From Thermoproteota archaeon (lineage in GTDB: Archaea; Korarchaeota; JAOZGF01; JAOZFZ01), in contig JAOZFT010000020.1 of NCBI GenBank assembly GCA_027492035.1, positions 64,001-128,000 of the forward strand: a DNA stretch of 64,000 bases. Direction: 5' to 3'. How positions within the stretch are numbered: the first letter of the stretch is position 1; each line of letters begins with the position of its first letter. Both the position numbers and the translations under genes were made by a program. Below the pieces are notes generated by a model, which saw only the letters and a program-made list of their open reading frames with translations, was not told where the DNA came from and did no database searches. This document shows positions 19,702 through 29,932 of the stretch, one piece after another.

Positions 19702-21645
19702 GTGGGGGATGTTAGGTGGGTGAGTAGGTTGAAAGCTTTGATACTGGCTGCAGGTAAAGGGACAAGGCTTAGACCATACAGTGAAACCACACCTAAATCC
19801 CTGATGGAGCTTGTTCCTGGTTTAACCATTATTGAATTCATTATAGGTCAGTTAAGGAAAGTAGGTGTCACAGATATAGTGGTAGTTACCAGAAGTGAAC
19901 TTGTTGAAAAGTTCAGAAATAAGTTGGGGGACGAAGTAAGTTATGTTTCAGTGGATGGGGGAAAGGATTTCGGGAACTTGTACACTGTTGAAGAGGCTCT
20001 TAGAAAAGTTGAAGACGACCATGTTTTGCTTGTCATGTCGGATCACATATTTGAAAGGGAGCTTTTGAACAAATTAGTTAATTGTGGAGACAGTAAACCA
20101 GTTATTCTTTGTTTAGACAGGAACCCTAAATGGATGGTTATTAATGAAGGACTTAGAGTAAAAATTAACGGTTCAGGAGTTGAAAAAGTTGGGAAAGATT
20201 TGCCGCCTTACCATGGAGTAGATACCGGTTTATTTCTATTAAGTAATGAAGCCTTCAATTTAGTTTTTGAAACAGTGAAAAAGCTTGGGTGCAGTTCTAA
20301 AATAGCGGATTTAGTTAACGCAGCTGCAGAAAACAGTAAAGTGGGTTATGTTGATGTAACAGGCCATTTATGGATGGACATAGACACACCTAAAGACCTT
20401 TTAAAGGCACGGAAACTTTATTGGAAAATAAAAGGGAAGGATTTGGTTAAACCCAGCGATGGCCCTGTTTCTAAACGTTTAAACAGGCCTATTTCCACCA
20501 AAATTTCTCTTTTCCTGTACCAGAGGAACAGAGTTACTTCAAATCAAGTTTCCTTTTTAGCTTTTCTTCTGGGTTTAGCTTCAGCTTCTCTTTTTCTTTT
20601 GAACAACCTAGTGCTCGGCGGAATACTAACTTACATATCTTCAGTTTTTGATGGGGTGGATGGTGAACTTGCAAGGTTAAGGAGCGAAGAATCTTTTTTT
20701 GGAGGAGTCCTTGACAGTCTGCTTGACAGATTCGTTGATTTATCCTTGATATTATCGATAGGTATAAATTACTTTAGAAACCCTTACCTAAGTCCTTCTT
20801 GGGTTGTTTTCCTGGTTTCCTTAGCATCGTTTGGTGTCATCCTGGTAAGTTACGTTTCAAAACTTTTTGGTTCGAAAGCTGCAAAATTAAGAAGTGGATT
20901 CCCTTGGGCTACAAGAGATGTTAGACTTTTTACTTTCACTATTGGGGGGCTAACCATGTTTCCCTTAATTCCTTTAGTTTTCTGTGCGTTTGCTCCTTTA
21001 ATTTTCTCCGGTAAAGCCTTACTGACCCTCAGCAGAAAATCCAGCCCCGTTAAAGTAAAAAAGGGGAAAGTTGAAACTTTGAGACCTCCCCAGCCTCAAA
21101 TCAAAGTAGTTGAAAACAAGGCTCCTAAGGAGTCACGGCGTCATTTAACAGATTTGTTTTCAAACATCGTTAAACTCACAGTTTCCTTAGCAGTGATCCG
21201 GATACTGCTCTACTCCTTTGGGGGAGTACCTATGATTAACATTTCTTTACTGGAAATAAAGGCTAGTCACGTGTTAAACTTGATAAACCTTGTGGTGATT
21301 GTTTATTTTGGGTATGGGATACTTACCTCCCTGAAATTCTTTCTAGACATTGCTTCAGATATAGTAGTGAGTAAGTTAGAGGTGACCAAAACAGCTTACT
21401 CAAGGGCCACATTAGACATTCTTTACTTAATAGGTTTAGCGCTGATCTGGTTCGCTGTAAGTCCGTTACTGGAGAACGTTCCAGAAATAGGGGAATGGCT
21501 TAGAATGCCTTTAGGACTACTTATTTTGGCTGTCTTCACCTTAATACTTTATGATTTATCAAGAATATTTTACAGAAGCCTTAAAGGAGCTTTAAACAAG
21601 GTTATAGATGCAGTAACAGAAGCAATAGAAAAATGCACTAAATGA
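19702..21645 (+). CDS. Bifunctional inositol-1-phosphate cytidylyltransferase / di-myo-inositol-phosphate-phosphate synthase-like protein with extra C-terminal membrane domain
   Basis: ILAAGKGTRL..PK, MSDH, DTGLF, WMDIDTP..L; KPSDGPVSK.LNRPIS; CDP-alcohol motif DGVDGELAR..G..LD...DR; then ~170 aa hydrophobic extension. Confidence 0.85.
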   Translation: MGDVRWVSRLKALILAAGKGTRLRPYSETTPKSLMELVPGLTIIEFIIGQLRKVGVTDIVVVTRSELVEKFRNKLGDEVSYVSVDGGKDFGNLYTVEEALRKVEDDHVLLVMSDHIFERELLNKLVNCGDSKPVILCLDRNPKWMVINEGLRVKINGSGVEKVGKDLPPYHGVDTGLFLLSNEAFNLVFETVKKLGCSSKIADLVNAAAENSKVGYVDVTGHLWMDIDTPKDLLKARKLYWKIKGKDLVKPSDGPVSKRLNRPISTKISLFLYQRNRVTSNQVSFLAFLLGLASASLFLLNNLVLGGILTYISSVFDGVDGELARLRSEESFFGGVLDSLLDRFVDLSLILSIGINYFRNPYLSPSWVVFLVSLASFGVILVSYVSKLFGSKAAKLRSGFPWATRDVRLFTFTIGGLTMFPLIPLVFCAFAPLIFSGKALLTLSRKSSPVKVKKGKVETLRPPQPQIKVVENKAPKESRRHLTDLFSNIVKLTVSLAVIRILLYSFGGVPMINISLLEIKASHVLNLINLVVIVYFGYGILTSLKFFLDIASDIVVSKLEVTKTAYSRATLDILYLIGLALIWFAVSPLLENVPEIGEWLRMPLGLLILAVFTLILYDLSRIFYRSLKGALNKVIDAVTEAIEKCTK

Positions 21646-21789
21646 GTAAAGGATAACTCTTTACCAGTTTAATTATTCCATATTTTCATCCTGTCTCAAG
21701 AAGAAAATTCAATATTTTTAAATCAAAAACCAACAAAAAGATTAAATTTAAACTTATTTTCAAAAAAATGTTAAAAAAGGTGGTAAGTA

Positions 21790-22734
21790 TTGATTTCTAA
21801 GCTAAGGTTTAAAGGAAAAGATTTTCTCACTTTGATGGATTTTAGCAAAGAGGAAATTGATTTTGTGCTCAAAGTTTCAGAGGAACTGAAAAGTAAATAT
21901 TTGAGAGGAGAAAAACATAACTATCTTGAGGGAAAAACCATTGCAATGATTTTTGAAAAACCTTCTACAAGGACAAGGTTTAGTTTCCAAGCTGCAATTG
22001 CCCATTTAGGTGCTCAAAGCTTTTATGCTATGCGTTCACAGATGCAACTTGCTAGAGGAGAACCTATAAAGGACACCGCGAGAGTTTTAGACAGGTACTG
22101 TGATGGTTTGGTGATAAGAACCTTTGGTCAAGAAGTAGTAGAGGAATATGCTGCATACATGAGCCACCCAGTAGTTAATGCTTTAACTGATTTAACGCAC
22201 CCTTGTCAGGGACTGGCTGATCTTTTAACTATCAAAGAGAAAAAGGGTGATTTCAGCAAGTTAAAATTAGCTTATACCGGGGACATTTGGAATGTTGCAC
22301 AAACTTTAATGGTTGCTGCTGCGATTTATGGGATGAAGGCATACTTTGCAAGACCTAAAGGCTATAACCCGGATAAAAGGATTTGGAAGTTTGTGCAGGA
22401 GAAAATGGAGGAAACTGAAGCTGAAGTAGTTTTAACCAGTGACTTAAGCGAAGCTGTCCAAGGAGCTGACGTGGTTTATGCCAACACTTGGCACAGTATG
22501 GGAGGCCCCGAGAAAGAAAAAGAGAAAAGAATTAAGGACTTTAAACCTTACCAAATAAACAATGAAGTCTTAAAGGAAGCAAAGAAAGATGCAATATTTA
22601 TGCATTGTTTACCGGGTTACAGAGGAGAGGAAATGACTGATGAAGTCATTGAAGGCCCCCACAGTGTAGTTTTCGACCAAGCAGAAAATAGAATGCATAC
22701 AGAAAAGGCAGTCTTATCACTTTTTATCCCCTAA
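21790..22734 (+). CDS. argF: Ornithine carbamoyltransferase family protein
   Basis: FEKPSTRTR, HPCQ.LADL, W.SMG, FMHCLP, FDQAENR. The exact acceptor substrate cannot be established from sequence. Confidence 0.82.
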   Translation: MISKLRFKGKDFLTLMDFSKEEIDFVLKVSEELKSKYLRGEKHNYLEGKTIAMIFEKPSTRTRFSFQAAIAHLGAQSFYAMRSQMQLARGEPIKDTARVLDRYCDGLVIRTFGQEVVEEYAAYMSHPVVNALTDLTHPCQGLADLLTIKEKKGDFSKLKLAYTGDIWNVAQTLMVAAAIYGMKAYFARPKGYNPDKRIWKFVQEKMEETEAEVVLTSDLSEAVQGADVVYANTWHSMGGPEKEKEKRIKDFKPYQINNEVLKEAKKDAIFMHCLPGYRGEEMTDEVIEGPHSVVFDQAENRMHTEKAVLSLFIP

Positions 22735-22876
22735 AATTCTTCGAAATTTTTCTGTTTTTCCGTGATAAAAATAGAATTTTCCTTGATTCTTCCACCCCTC
22801 TTCTTTCTTCAACCTGAATCTCTCTAAACTTTTTAGTAAAGTTCTCAGTCTTTGCTAAGAACTAAATTAAAAGTTT

Positions 22877-24457
22877 TTAAAACAAGTCATAATCTTGCAA
22901 GTAGCTCCTACCTGTTTTTAAAGCTATTTCGGCTTTGTTAAGTTCCTTTCCAAGGTATGCAGCATGAGGAAGGAGGGTAACTAACCCTCTTTTAATTGCT
23001 TCCATATACACATCTACAGACTTTTCTCCCCTGATTATAACATCAGGTTTCTCCCTGTTCCGGAAACTGTAATGTTGCAAAACTATTTCCCTCCTTTCCC
23101 TGTCAACATTTATTTTAAAGAAACCTTTTGGGTCTATGGGTGTCTTATATTGTTTTTCAGCCTTTACAACCTTAACTTCATTCTCTATTGCAGGGTTATA
23201 CAGAAGTTCTTTACTTCTCTTTTCTTTAAAGAAAAGGAGATTTATGGCTAAGTCTTTAGGAAAGGTTCCCCTCTTTCTTGAAATATAAATCATTTTGGAA
23301 GCTTTAATTAATTCCTTCACTGCTCCTTTACATTTATTGCTTTGTTCAGTAGTTAAAACCAAGTTTATACTTAATTCATTCATTATTGCTGCGAGGATAG
23401 CGTTTACACCTATTGAGTCAGCATCTATTGTTTCTGTTATGTTTCCAACTCCGCAAAAGAGCATTTTTTCCGGATGCTTCCTGTGAAAAGTTTTGAATGT
23501 GATTAATGAATCTGTTAAATTCGGCATGTTGACAGGGTTTAAGATTAAGTCGCAAAGGAAATTTTTCACTCCTTCCTCCCTTGCTTTTTCAATGTTTTCC
23601 TCCATAACTTCTATTTTTTCATTTATCTCCACAGGAAAAATCCCTTTTTTGTAATTATACGGTATTATTACAGCAGGTGTTTCCCCTAAGTAACTGGCAA
23701 CCTCTTCTATGTTTCCCCCTTCCAAACTCACCACTAAATCTATACCCTCCTCTACTGCAGCCTTTATTTCCTTAGAAGAAACTGTGTCAATACTTAAGGG
23801 TGCATTACAAACTTTTCTTAAAAAATTAATCAGCTCCTTTACTTTTTCAGGTTTCTCCATGCCTGAAACCATGCCTATATCTATTATGTGGGATCCAGAG
23901 TTTAAGTAATGTTTAACTTTTCTAATTAACTCTTCCTTAGACAATAAGGGGGCGTCAACTATTTCTGCTGCCACCTTAAATGGAAGTCTTTGATCAATGA
24001 CAACTTTACCCCCAATAACAAATGCTTTTTCCTTGTTCAGTAACTCTTTTTCAAGTTTCTTTATTTCATAAAGTTCAGAGGAGGCTTCTTCCTTCCTCTT
24101 TAAATGTAAAATTTCACAGGCTGGAGTTACAGTTGAAAACTTGATTTTCCCCTGTTTAAAAAGGTTAAGAATTTCTCCTAAATCTGTTGATAATTTAGGT
24201 CCCTTAAAAACAGGTAAACCTAGTTTTTCCCCTATCTCCTTTGTGTCTCCCTTAATTAATCCTGGGACCAAAATTAAATCAAAACCACGCCCTCTTAAGT
24301 CCTCCTTCTCCAGTTGTTTAATAATGTTTTTTATGGGAATTAATGAAGCTACGTCAAAAGGCAGAGTTTTAATTTCATAATCTACCTCGCTCCTCTTTAC
24401 ACTTTCATGAACAGACTTCTCGGCCAGTTTACCTGTTACAAGCAACACCTTCAACAT
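22877..24457 (-). CDS. Archaeal dihydropteroate-synthase-like protein with C-terminal DUF4346-like domain
   Basis: VTGKLAE N-terminus, AEIVDAP, IIDIG, SIDT, GVGNITETIDADSIGVNA, HAAYLGKEL.KAEIAL..GRSY.QD; clustered with mptA and dmrX. Confidence 0.85.
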   Translation of the reverse strand: MLKVLLVTGKLAEKSVHESVKRSEVDYEIKTLPFDVASLIPIKNIIKQLEKEDLRGRGFDLILVPGLIKGDTKEIGEKLGLPVFKGPKLSTDLGEILNLFKQGKIKFSTVTPACEILHLKRKEEASSELYEIKKLEKELLNKEKAFVIGGKVVIDQRLPFKVAAEIVDAPLLSKEELIRKVKHYLNSGSHIIDIGMVSGMEKPEKVKELINFLRKVCNAPLSIDTVSSKEIKAAVEEGIDLVVSLEGGNIEEVASYLGETPAVIIPYNYKKGIFPVEINEKIEVMEENIEKAREEGVKNFLCDLILNPVNMPNLTDSLITFKTFHRKHPEKMLFCGVGNITETIDADSIGVNAILAAIMNELSINLVLTTEQSNKCKGAVKELIKASKMIYISRKRGTFPKDLAINLLFFKEKRSKELLYNPAIENEVKVVKAEKQYKTPIDPKGFFKINVDRERREIVLQHYSFRNREKPDVIIRGEKSVDVYMEAIKRGLVTLLPHAAYLGKELNKAEIALKTGRSYLQDYDLF

Positions 24458-24513
24458 TTTCTACCTCTTATTGTTTGTTCTTTACCAATGCTTTCTAAAC
24501 CTTGCCTAAGCCT

Positions 24514-25269
24514 TTACGTCTCCAGTATTTCATTGATTTTAGTTAGCAACCTGGTAGGTTCTTCAACAACCACTACTCCCTTCATTTTTCTTAGTTTATT
24601 AACGTTTTCAACATCTACTTCTCTAGTTTCTATTTTTGCTTTCTCCCAACAAGCTACTGCTTGGAAGGGACATGCTGAAACACATTTTTCGCAGCCTATA
24701 CATTTCAAAAGATTTATTTTTGGGCCTTCCTTGGTTGATTCTATAGCCTCAACCGGACAGTTTGTTAAGGCCGTGCATTCCTTACAGTTTAAACATTTTT
24801 CGCGTTTGATTATGCAAGGAAGCGTAATTTCTGTTTCTCCCAGCTTTGAATCCACAGGTAAAACAATCACTGGAACTTTGCCTTTCAAAGCTTGGGCGAA
24901 AGCATTTGTAACACATGTGTCAGCCACTCCATTAACCATTTTAGCGACGGAGTTTGCTGTAACAGGTGAAACAGCAAAAACTTTGTATTTTCTTAGATTG
25001 AAACGGCCTGAAAAAACTCCACTAGCCCCATCTGTTTCTCTGCTTACCAATTCTTCGTAATAAAGGCCTGGGGAAATTTTCTTAATTTTATCTCTTAAAC
25101 CGTACATTCTGAGAATCTCTAACCCTGCTTCACTAACGAAGGTAGTTACTTTTACACCGTACTTTTGTTTAATCCCCAACATTATTTGGTAGGTTTCGAA
25201 AAGAAAAGTTCCTGAACCTGTAACTCCCCAGGCAAGCTTCAATTCTTCCCTCAATACTTCACCCCTCAA
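24514..25269 (-). CDS. dmrX: Dihydromethanopterin reductase (flavoprotein with 2x[4Fe-4S])
   Basis: AWGVTGSG, SP.TANSVAKMV.GVADT.VTN flavoprotein motifs plus CLNCKEC and CIGCEKCVSACP. Confidence 0.82.
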   Translation of the reverse strand: MRGEVLREELKLAWGVTGSGTFLFETYQIMLGIKQKYGVKVTTFVSEAGLEILRMYGLRDKIKKISPGLYYEELVSRETDGASGVFSGRFNLRKYKVFAVSPVTANSVAKMVNGVADTCVTNAFAQALKGKVPVIVLPVDSKLGETEITLPCIIKREKCLNCKECTALTNCPVEAIESTKEGPKINLLKCIGCEKCVSACPFQAVACWEKAKIETREVDVENVNKLRKMKGVVVVEEPTRLLTKINEILET

Positions 25270-25420
25270 ATTTTAAACCAACAAATGCTTTTAAGACCAT
25301 TTTTAAATCCTTAAATGCTTCAATTGTTCTTCTAAAGGAATAAATAAGGGAGTTAAAAGTCATTACGGAAGTAGCTTATTTCAGGTTTTTAATGGTTTGA
25401 GAGATCACTTCCGAAAAAAA

Positions 25421-26359
25421 TTATTTTAACTCAAATTCCTTTCTCAACTGTTCTAAAGTAGCATGGTACTCAGCCACTAAGTTATGTTCATGAATGCTCT
25501 CTAAGTCTTCTTGAATAAGGGAAACTTCTGTTTCATCAGGTAAATTCGGGAATTTATCAATTACTCCCTTCGCCATGTACCTTATCACATCCTCAGCAAA
25601 CCTTGCTTTCTTCACAGCTTGCTTAACAACTTCAATTTCATCTTTCTTCTTCAATAATTCAAAAGTTGGGGCACTCATTGCATTCCTTGCTATCTCGATC
25701 AGTGTGTAAGCATTAACAGAATAATTCCCTGGAACCTCAACCACTAACGTAGCGTAGCTTCGCTGCATGTGGGTTGCAATAAACAGTTTTTCAACAAGCT
25801 TCTTCACTTTTTCTTCATTCCCTATATCCCTCTTTAAAGAATCCATTGTCTCCAAGAGAATGCTTTTCTGGGCGCTGGGGCAAGCAGTTATCCCGCTTAC
25901 TTTAACCCCTACAGCCTTCTTTATTTTTATTTTCTTTTTTATCCTTTCAGCTTTAGCAGATCCTAGAAGTACAGCTCTTTCAAATGTCTCCTTCCCTGTT
26001 ACAGGTGTTTCAGTAGGATAAACCACATCACCTTGTAAAATAACTTCCGCCTTTCTACAGTAAGGATGCTTCTGCAAAAGCTCCTTTGCCACTCTGCTGC
26101 AGAAAACTTCAATTTTCAATTTTTTCTTTGCATACCTTGAAAGAACCTCAACTATGGCTTCATAATTCCTTGAAGCATGGATTCCGCGGTAGTCAGGAAC
26201 TAAGTCAATGAAAGCAGAGACAGAAGGGACAAAAGCTGCTGTTTTATGGTTTATGTCGATAGAAAAAACAGGCACTCTAATATTTTCAACACCAACCCTT
26301 TTAAGATAAATACGAAACAAAGGTTTCTCAACATTTACGTCTGAAATGAGGGAAGGCAA
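25421..26359 (-). CDS. mptA: GTP cyclohydrolase MptA (FolE2 family)
   Basis: L.RVGV, RGIHASR, GITACP, ATHMQRS, MSAP..ELLK..DE, FAED..R, ESIHEHN. Confidence 0.9.
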   Translation of the reverse strand: MPSLISDVNVEKPLFRIYLKRVGVENIRVPVFSIDINHKTAAFVPSVSAFIDLVPDYRGIHASRNYEAIVEVLSRYAKKKLKIEVFCSRVAKELLQKHPYCRKAEVILQGDVVYPTETPVTGKETFERAVLLGSAKAERIKKKIKIKKAVGVKVSGITACPSAQKSILLETMDSLKRDIGNEEKVKKLVEKLFIATHMQRSYATLVVEVPGNYSVNAYTLIEIARNAMSAPTFELLKKKDEIEVVKQAVKKARFAEDVIRYMAKGVIDKFPNLPDETEVSLIQEDLESIHEHNLVAEYHATLEQLRKEFELK

Positions 26360-26581
26360 CTTTAATCAACTCTAATTTTTAAAAAGGATAAATAGTTCGG
26401 GAATTGAACCTTGAATCCAGTATGAATTCAATCTAAAACCCAAACCCTTCAAGCATCAAATTTAAATTTTTCCAAAAATGAACCGGAACTTCTTCAACAT
26501 TTTTCAGTTAGGATAGAACTAGATACTAAAGGTAAAGAAATTTTTTAGGTTTTGACTGTAGATTTTTTTGGGGGGTTACTT

Positions 26582-27688
26582 ATGGAAAATGAAGCCGTAA
26601 AGTTTTTGATGGAAATCACCCGAGTTAAAAGTTTCTCTGGTGAAGAAGAGGAAGTGGCAGGTATTATCAGGGAGGAAATGGATGAATTAGGGTTTGAAAA
26701 AACAGGTGTGGATGAAGTAGGAAATGTTTGGGGCTTGATAAGGGGTAAAAGTGACAGTTACTTAATGTTTGAAGGACACATGGACACTGTTAAACCAGGT
26801 AGAGTTGAAAACTGGGTTTTTCCACCCTTCTCCGGAAAAGTGGTTGATGGAGAAATTTATGGAAGAGGGGCAGCTGATATGAAGGGATCAATTGCAGCCA
26901 TGATTTATTCTGCTTCTGAAATAAAGGAACCGGAAAAAGGGTTGATCTGTGCTTTCGTGGTGCATGAGGAAGATCAGGAAGGCTTCGGCATCAGGCATTT
27001 TCTCAAAAATACAGGCATTAAACCTGAAATTGTGGTGTTAGGAGAACCGACAAACTTAAATATTGCGATAGGCCACAGGGGAAGAGCGGAAATTGTTGTG
27101 AAAATTAGAGGCAGGACCGGGCACTCAAGCATGCCCCATCTAGGTGAGAATGCCCTCTTAAAAACTTGTTCAAAGATTTTGAAACTTAAAAATATTCCTT
27201 TGCCTGAAAATAAGGAGTTAGGTTCTGCTTCAATAACTCCTGTCTCGGTTAATTGTTCACCCGGTGAAATTCCAATAACTCCAGACTATTGCGAAATTTT
27301 ACTTGATAGAAGAATAGTTCCAGGGGAAAGTAAACAATCCATTATAGATGAACTTGAAAACTTTCTCCAGGTAAAGGCTGAGGTAAGGAAGAAGATCATT
27401 AAATGTTACACAGGCTTCAAAGAAAAAGTTGACTGTTACTTTCCAGCTTTTTATATCCGGAGAAACGAAATAAAAATGTTATCGAAAAAACTGGGTGCTA
27501 AACTAATTACTTGGAAATTTGGAACAGATGGTTCCTACACCGCAGGAGTTAAGGAAATTTTAACCTTTGGATACGGACCAGGCGAAGAAGAAATGGCTCA
27601 CGTCCCAAACGAAAAATTAAACCTTAAAAAATTCATGAAAAGTATTTCAGGGTACAAAAAAATTTTCTCTTTTCTTTCTACCCATTAG
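26582..27688 (+). CDS. M20 family metallohydrolase (YgeY/ArgE-like)
   Basis: GHMDTV, GRGAADMKG, V.EE..EG, LGEPT, GH.S.P.LG.NA, FGTDG, GPG....AH..NE; ATG 26582 preferred over 26552. Confidence 0.88.
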   Translation: MENEAVKFLMEITRVKSFSGEEEEVAGIIREEMDELGFEKTGVDEVGNVWGLIRGKSDSYLMFEGHMDTVKPGRVENWVFPPFSGKVVDGEIYGRGAADMKGSIAAMIYSASEIKEPEKGLICAFVVHEEDQEGFGIRHFLKNTGIKPEIVVLGEPTNLNIAIGHRGRAEIVVKIRGRTGHSSMPHLGENALLKTCSKILKLKNIPLPENKELGSASITPVSVNCSPGEIPITPDYCEILLDRRIVPGESKQSIIDELENFLQVKAEVRKKIIKCYTGFKEKVDCYFPAFYIRRNEIKMLSKKLGAKLITWKFGTDGSYTAGVKEILTFGYGPGEEEMAHVPNEKLNLKKFMKSISGYKKIFSFLSTH

Positions 27689-27742
27689 CAAAACTAAAAA
27701 ATTAAAATAATAGGGGGAGGAAATGTAAAGGAAGGTGTTTTT

Positions 27743-28687
27743 ATGGCTCAAAACATAGACTGGGCAGGAGACGTCTTTATTTCTCATGCCGACGTAAAGA
27801 AAGGGATGTCTGTTTCAAGTTTTGTTAAAGAGTTGGGGAAATGTGGTTTCCAAGCTAGAAAAATAGCTATGGCTGTTAAAGTACTTTCAGATATGGTGTC
27901 AGATAAGGAATGCACTAAGTTTTTAGCTTTAGCAGGAACAATGGTGCCTGGGGGAATGAGGAAAGTCATTTGTGAATTCTTAAGGGAGAAGTTTTTTGAC
28001 GTAGTGGTTTCTACAGGTGCAAACCTTACACATGACCTTATTGAAGCTTTTGGTGAAAAACATAAATTCATGGATTCTGAAGAAACAGATGTTGAACTCC
28101 AAGTGAAAGGAATCAACAGGATCTATAACGTGCTTTTACCTAACAGAGGATATGTTGCGTTAGAGAATGGGCTGCGTAAATTATTTCCTAAGCTTCCTCA
28201 AAAGGAAATGAGTTCTAGAGAATTCCTTTACGAGCTTGGGTTAAAAATAAGAGATAAAAACTCCATACTTAAAGTTGCAGCTGAAAAAAAAATCCCTGTT
28301 TTTGCACCTTCGCTTCCAGATTCAGTTCTAGGTTTCCAGGTTTGGATGTATTCACAGAACCATGACTTAACAGTGAACACAACCATCGACCAAGGTGAAG
28401 TTCTAGACATTGTTTTTGAATCAGAGAAAACTGGTGCATTAGTAGTTGGGGGAGGTGTTCCAAAGCATTACGTGGCAATGGCCGCCCAAATAGCTGACAA
28501 ACCTTTAAAATATGCTGTACAAATTACTTTAGATAGACCTGAAGGTGGAGGTGTTTCAGGCGCTAAATTAGAGGAAGCTAAATCATGGAGAAAAGTTCAT
28601 CCTAAAGCTGAAACTGTTGATTTAGTTTGCGACGCAACTATAGCCTTACCTTTAATTTTAGCAGCTCTAAAAGACAGGTTAAGGTAG
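27743..28687 (+). CDS. dys: Deoxyhypusine synthase family protein
   Basis: GFQA, STGANLTHD, INRIYN, GGGVPKH, SGA..EEA.SW.K active-site lysine motif, CDATIALP. Confidence 0.88.
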   Translation: MAQNIDWAGDVFISHADVKKGMSVSSFVKELGKCGFQARKIAMAVKVLSDMVSDKECTKFLALAGTMVPGGMRKVICEFLREKFFDVVVSTGANLTHDLIEAFGEKHKFMDSEETDVELQVKGINRIYNVLLPNRGYVALENGLRKLFPKLPQKEMSSREFLYELGLKIRDKNSILKVAAEKKIPVFAPSLPDSVLGFQVWMYSQNHDLTVNTTIDQGEVLDIVFESEKTGALVVGGGVPKHYVAMAAQIADKPLKYAVQITLDRPEGGGVSGAKLEEAKSWRKVHPKAETVDLVCDATIALPLILAALKDRLR

Positions 28688-28745
28688 ACCCCTTTCTGGT
28701 TAAGGGATATGTTTCAGGTATTAGGGAAAACATGGAGATAATAAA

Positions 28746-29520
28746 ATGGATTTATTATTTATCGCACCTATGTTGCTCTTTTTCATAGCGTTTATTTTTT
28801 CTATGTTGGGCATGAGCGGATCTCAACTTTCTACTCCTATCCTGTTTTGGTTGGGAACGGATTTTAAAACACAAGTAATTCCGCTTGGGATGCTTTTAAA
28901 TGTTGTTAACAGTGCATCTGCTGCTGGTAGATATGGGAAAAAGAAACTAATTGACTGGAAAGTTGCAGCGCTTTTTAGTTTCGTTATGATGCTGTTTGCT
29001 CCTCTCGATACATGGTTAAATATAAGTTTACCAACAAAACCAGTGATTTTAACCTTCGCAATATTCACTGCTGCAGCTGCGTTGTTAATGCTTAATAATT
29101 TGGAAACCGAGAAAAGAAAGGTCTTGGGAGTTTCTAGTAGTTCAATCCTTGGTTTCTTTGCTGGATTAATAGGAAGAGGCGGAGGTAGCTTTGTTGTGCC
29201 TTTGTTATATATGGTAGGTTTAGGAGTGAAAACAGCAGCACTTCCGCCTTTGTAGTGACATGTTCAGGTGTTTTAAGTTTCGTTTCTCATATTTTCACTG
29301 CTGCACAGCCTAATTGGATTATATGGATCCTTTGCGCGTTTTCAGTTTTAATGGAGGGCAAGTAGGTTCCTATGTAATGGCTACAAAATTAAAACCGAAA
29401 TATACGAAAAAAGTATTTGGAGCAGTGTTGCTTGGAGATGCAGCGATTCTTATTAATCCAAAATTTCTTAATAAATTAGGCAACCAAGGTTTCCCTTTTA
29501 AGAAAATAATTCTTTTATAA
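28746..29520 (+). pseudogene. Frameshifted TauE/SafE (sulfite exporter) family gene
   Basis: FSMLGM.G, GLIGRGGG..VVP; reading continues out of frame as TSAFVVTCSG.. and then GGQVGS..MATKL, so at least two frameshifts (~29240, ~29350). Confidence 0.78.
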
Positions 29521-29932
29521 TGTTAAAAGCATATTTTTACAAAACATTTAGGGACTTCTAATGTTTTAGCTTCACTGCCCAATTTAACTTTTACTTAAGA
29601 AACGCAGCAACAAATAAATGAACTTTTTAAGCTTGTACTGCACACTTAAATCAAGTCTCCGCTTACTTTGTTTATTTTTGATACTTTGAAAAACAACAAA
29701 GTTTAACAAAATTTTTAAAGAAGAACATTTCTAAATTATTTTTTCTACTTAGAACACTTCCTAACTTTTTTCTGGCTTAAAAAATCTTTCACTTGAACCT
29801 TTAACCATTGGAAAAATTCATTTAAACTGAAGTTAACAACAGAAAACAATTCTCTTCGCAGCTGGAAAATATAGGAAGAGAAACTGTGAAACAAGTAAAA
29901 TGTAAATAAATTAGAAGAGGTGATTTTTCACT

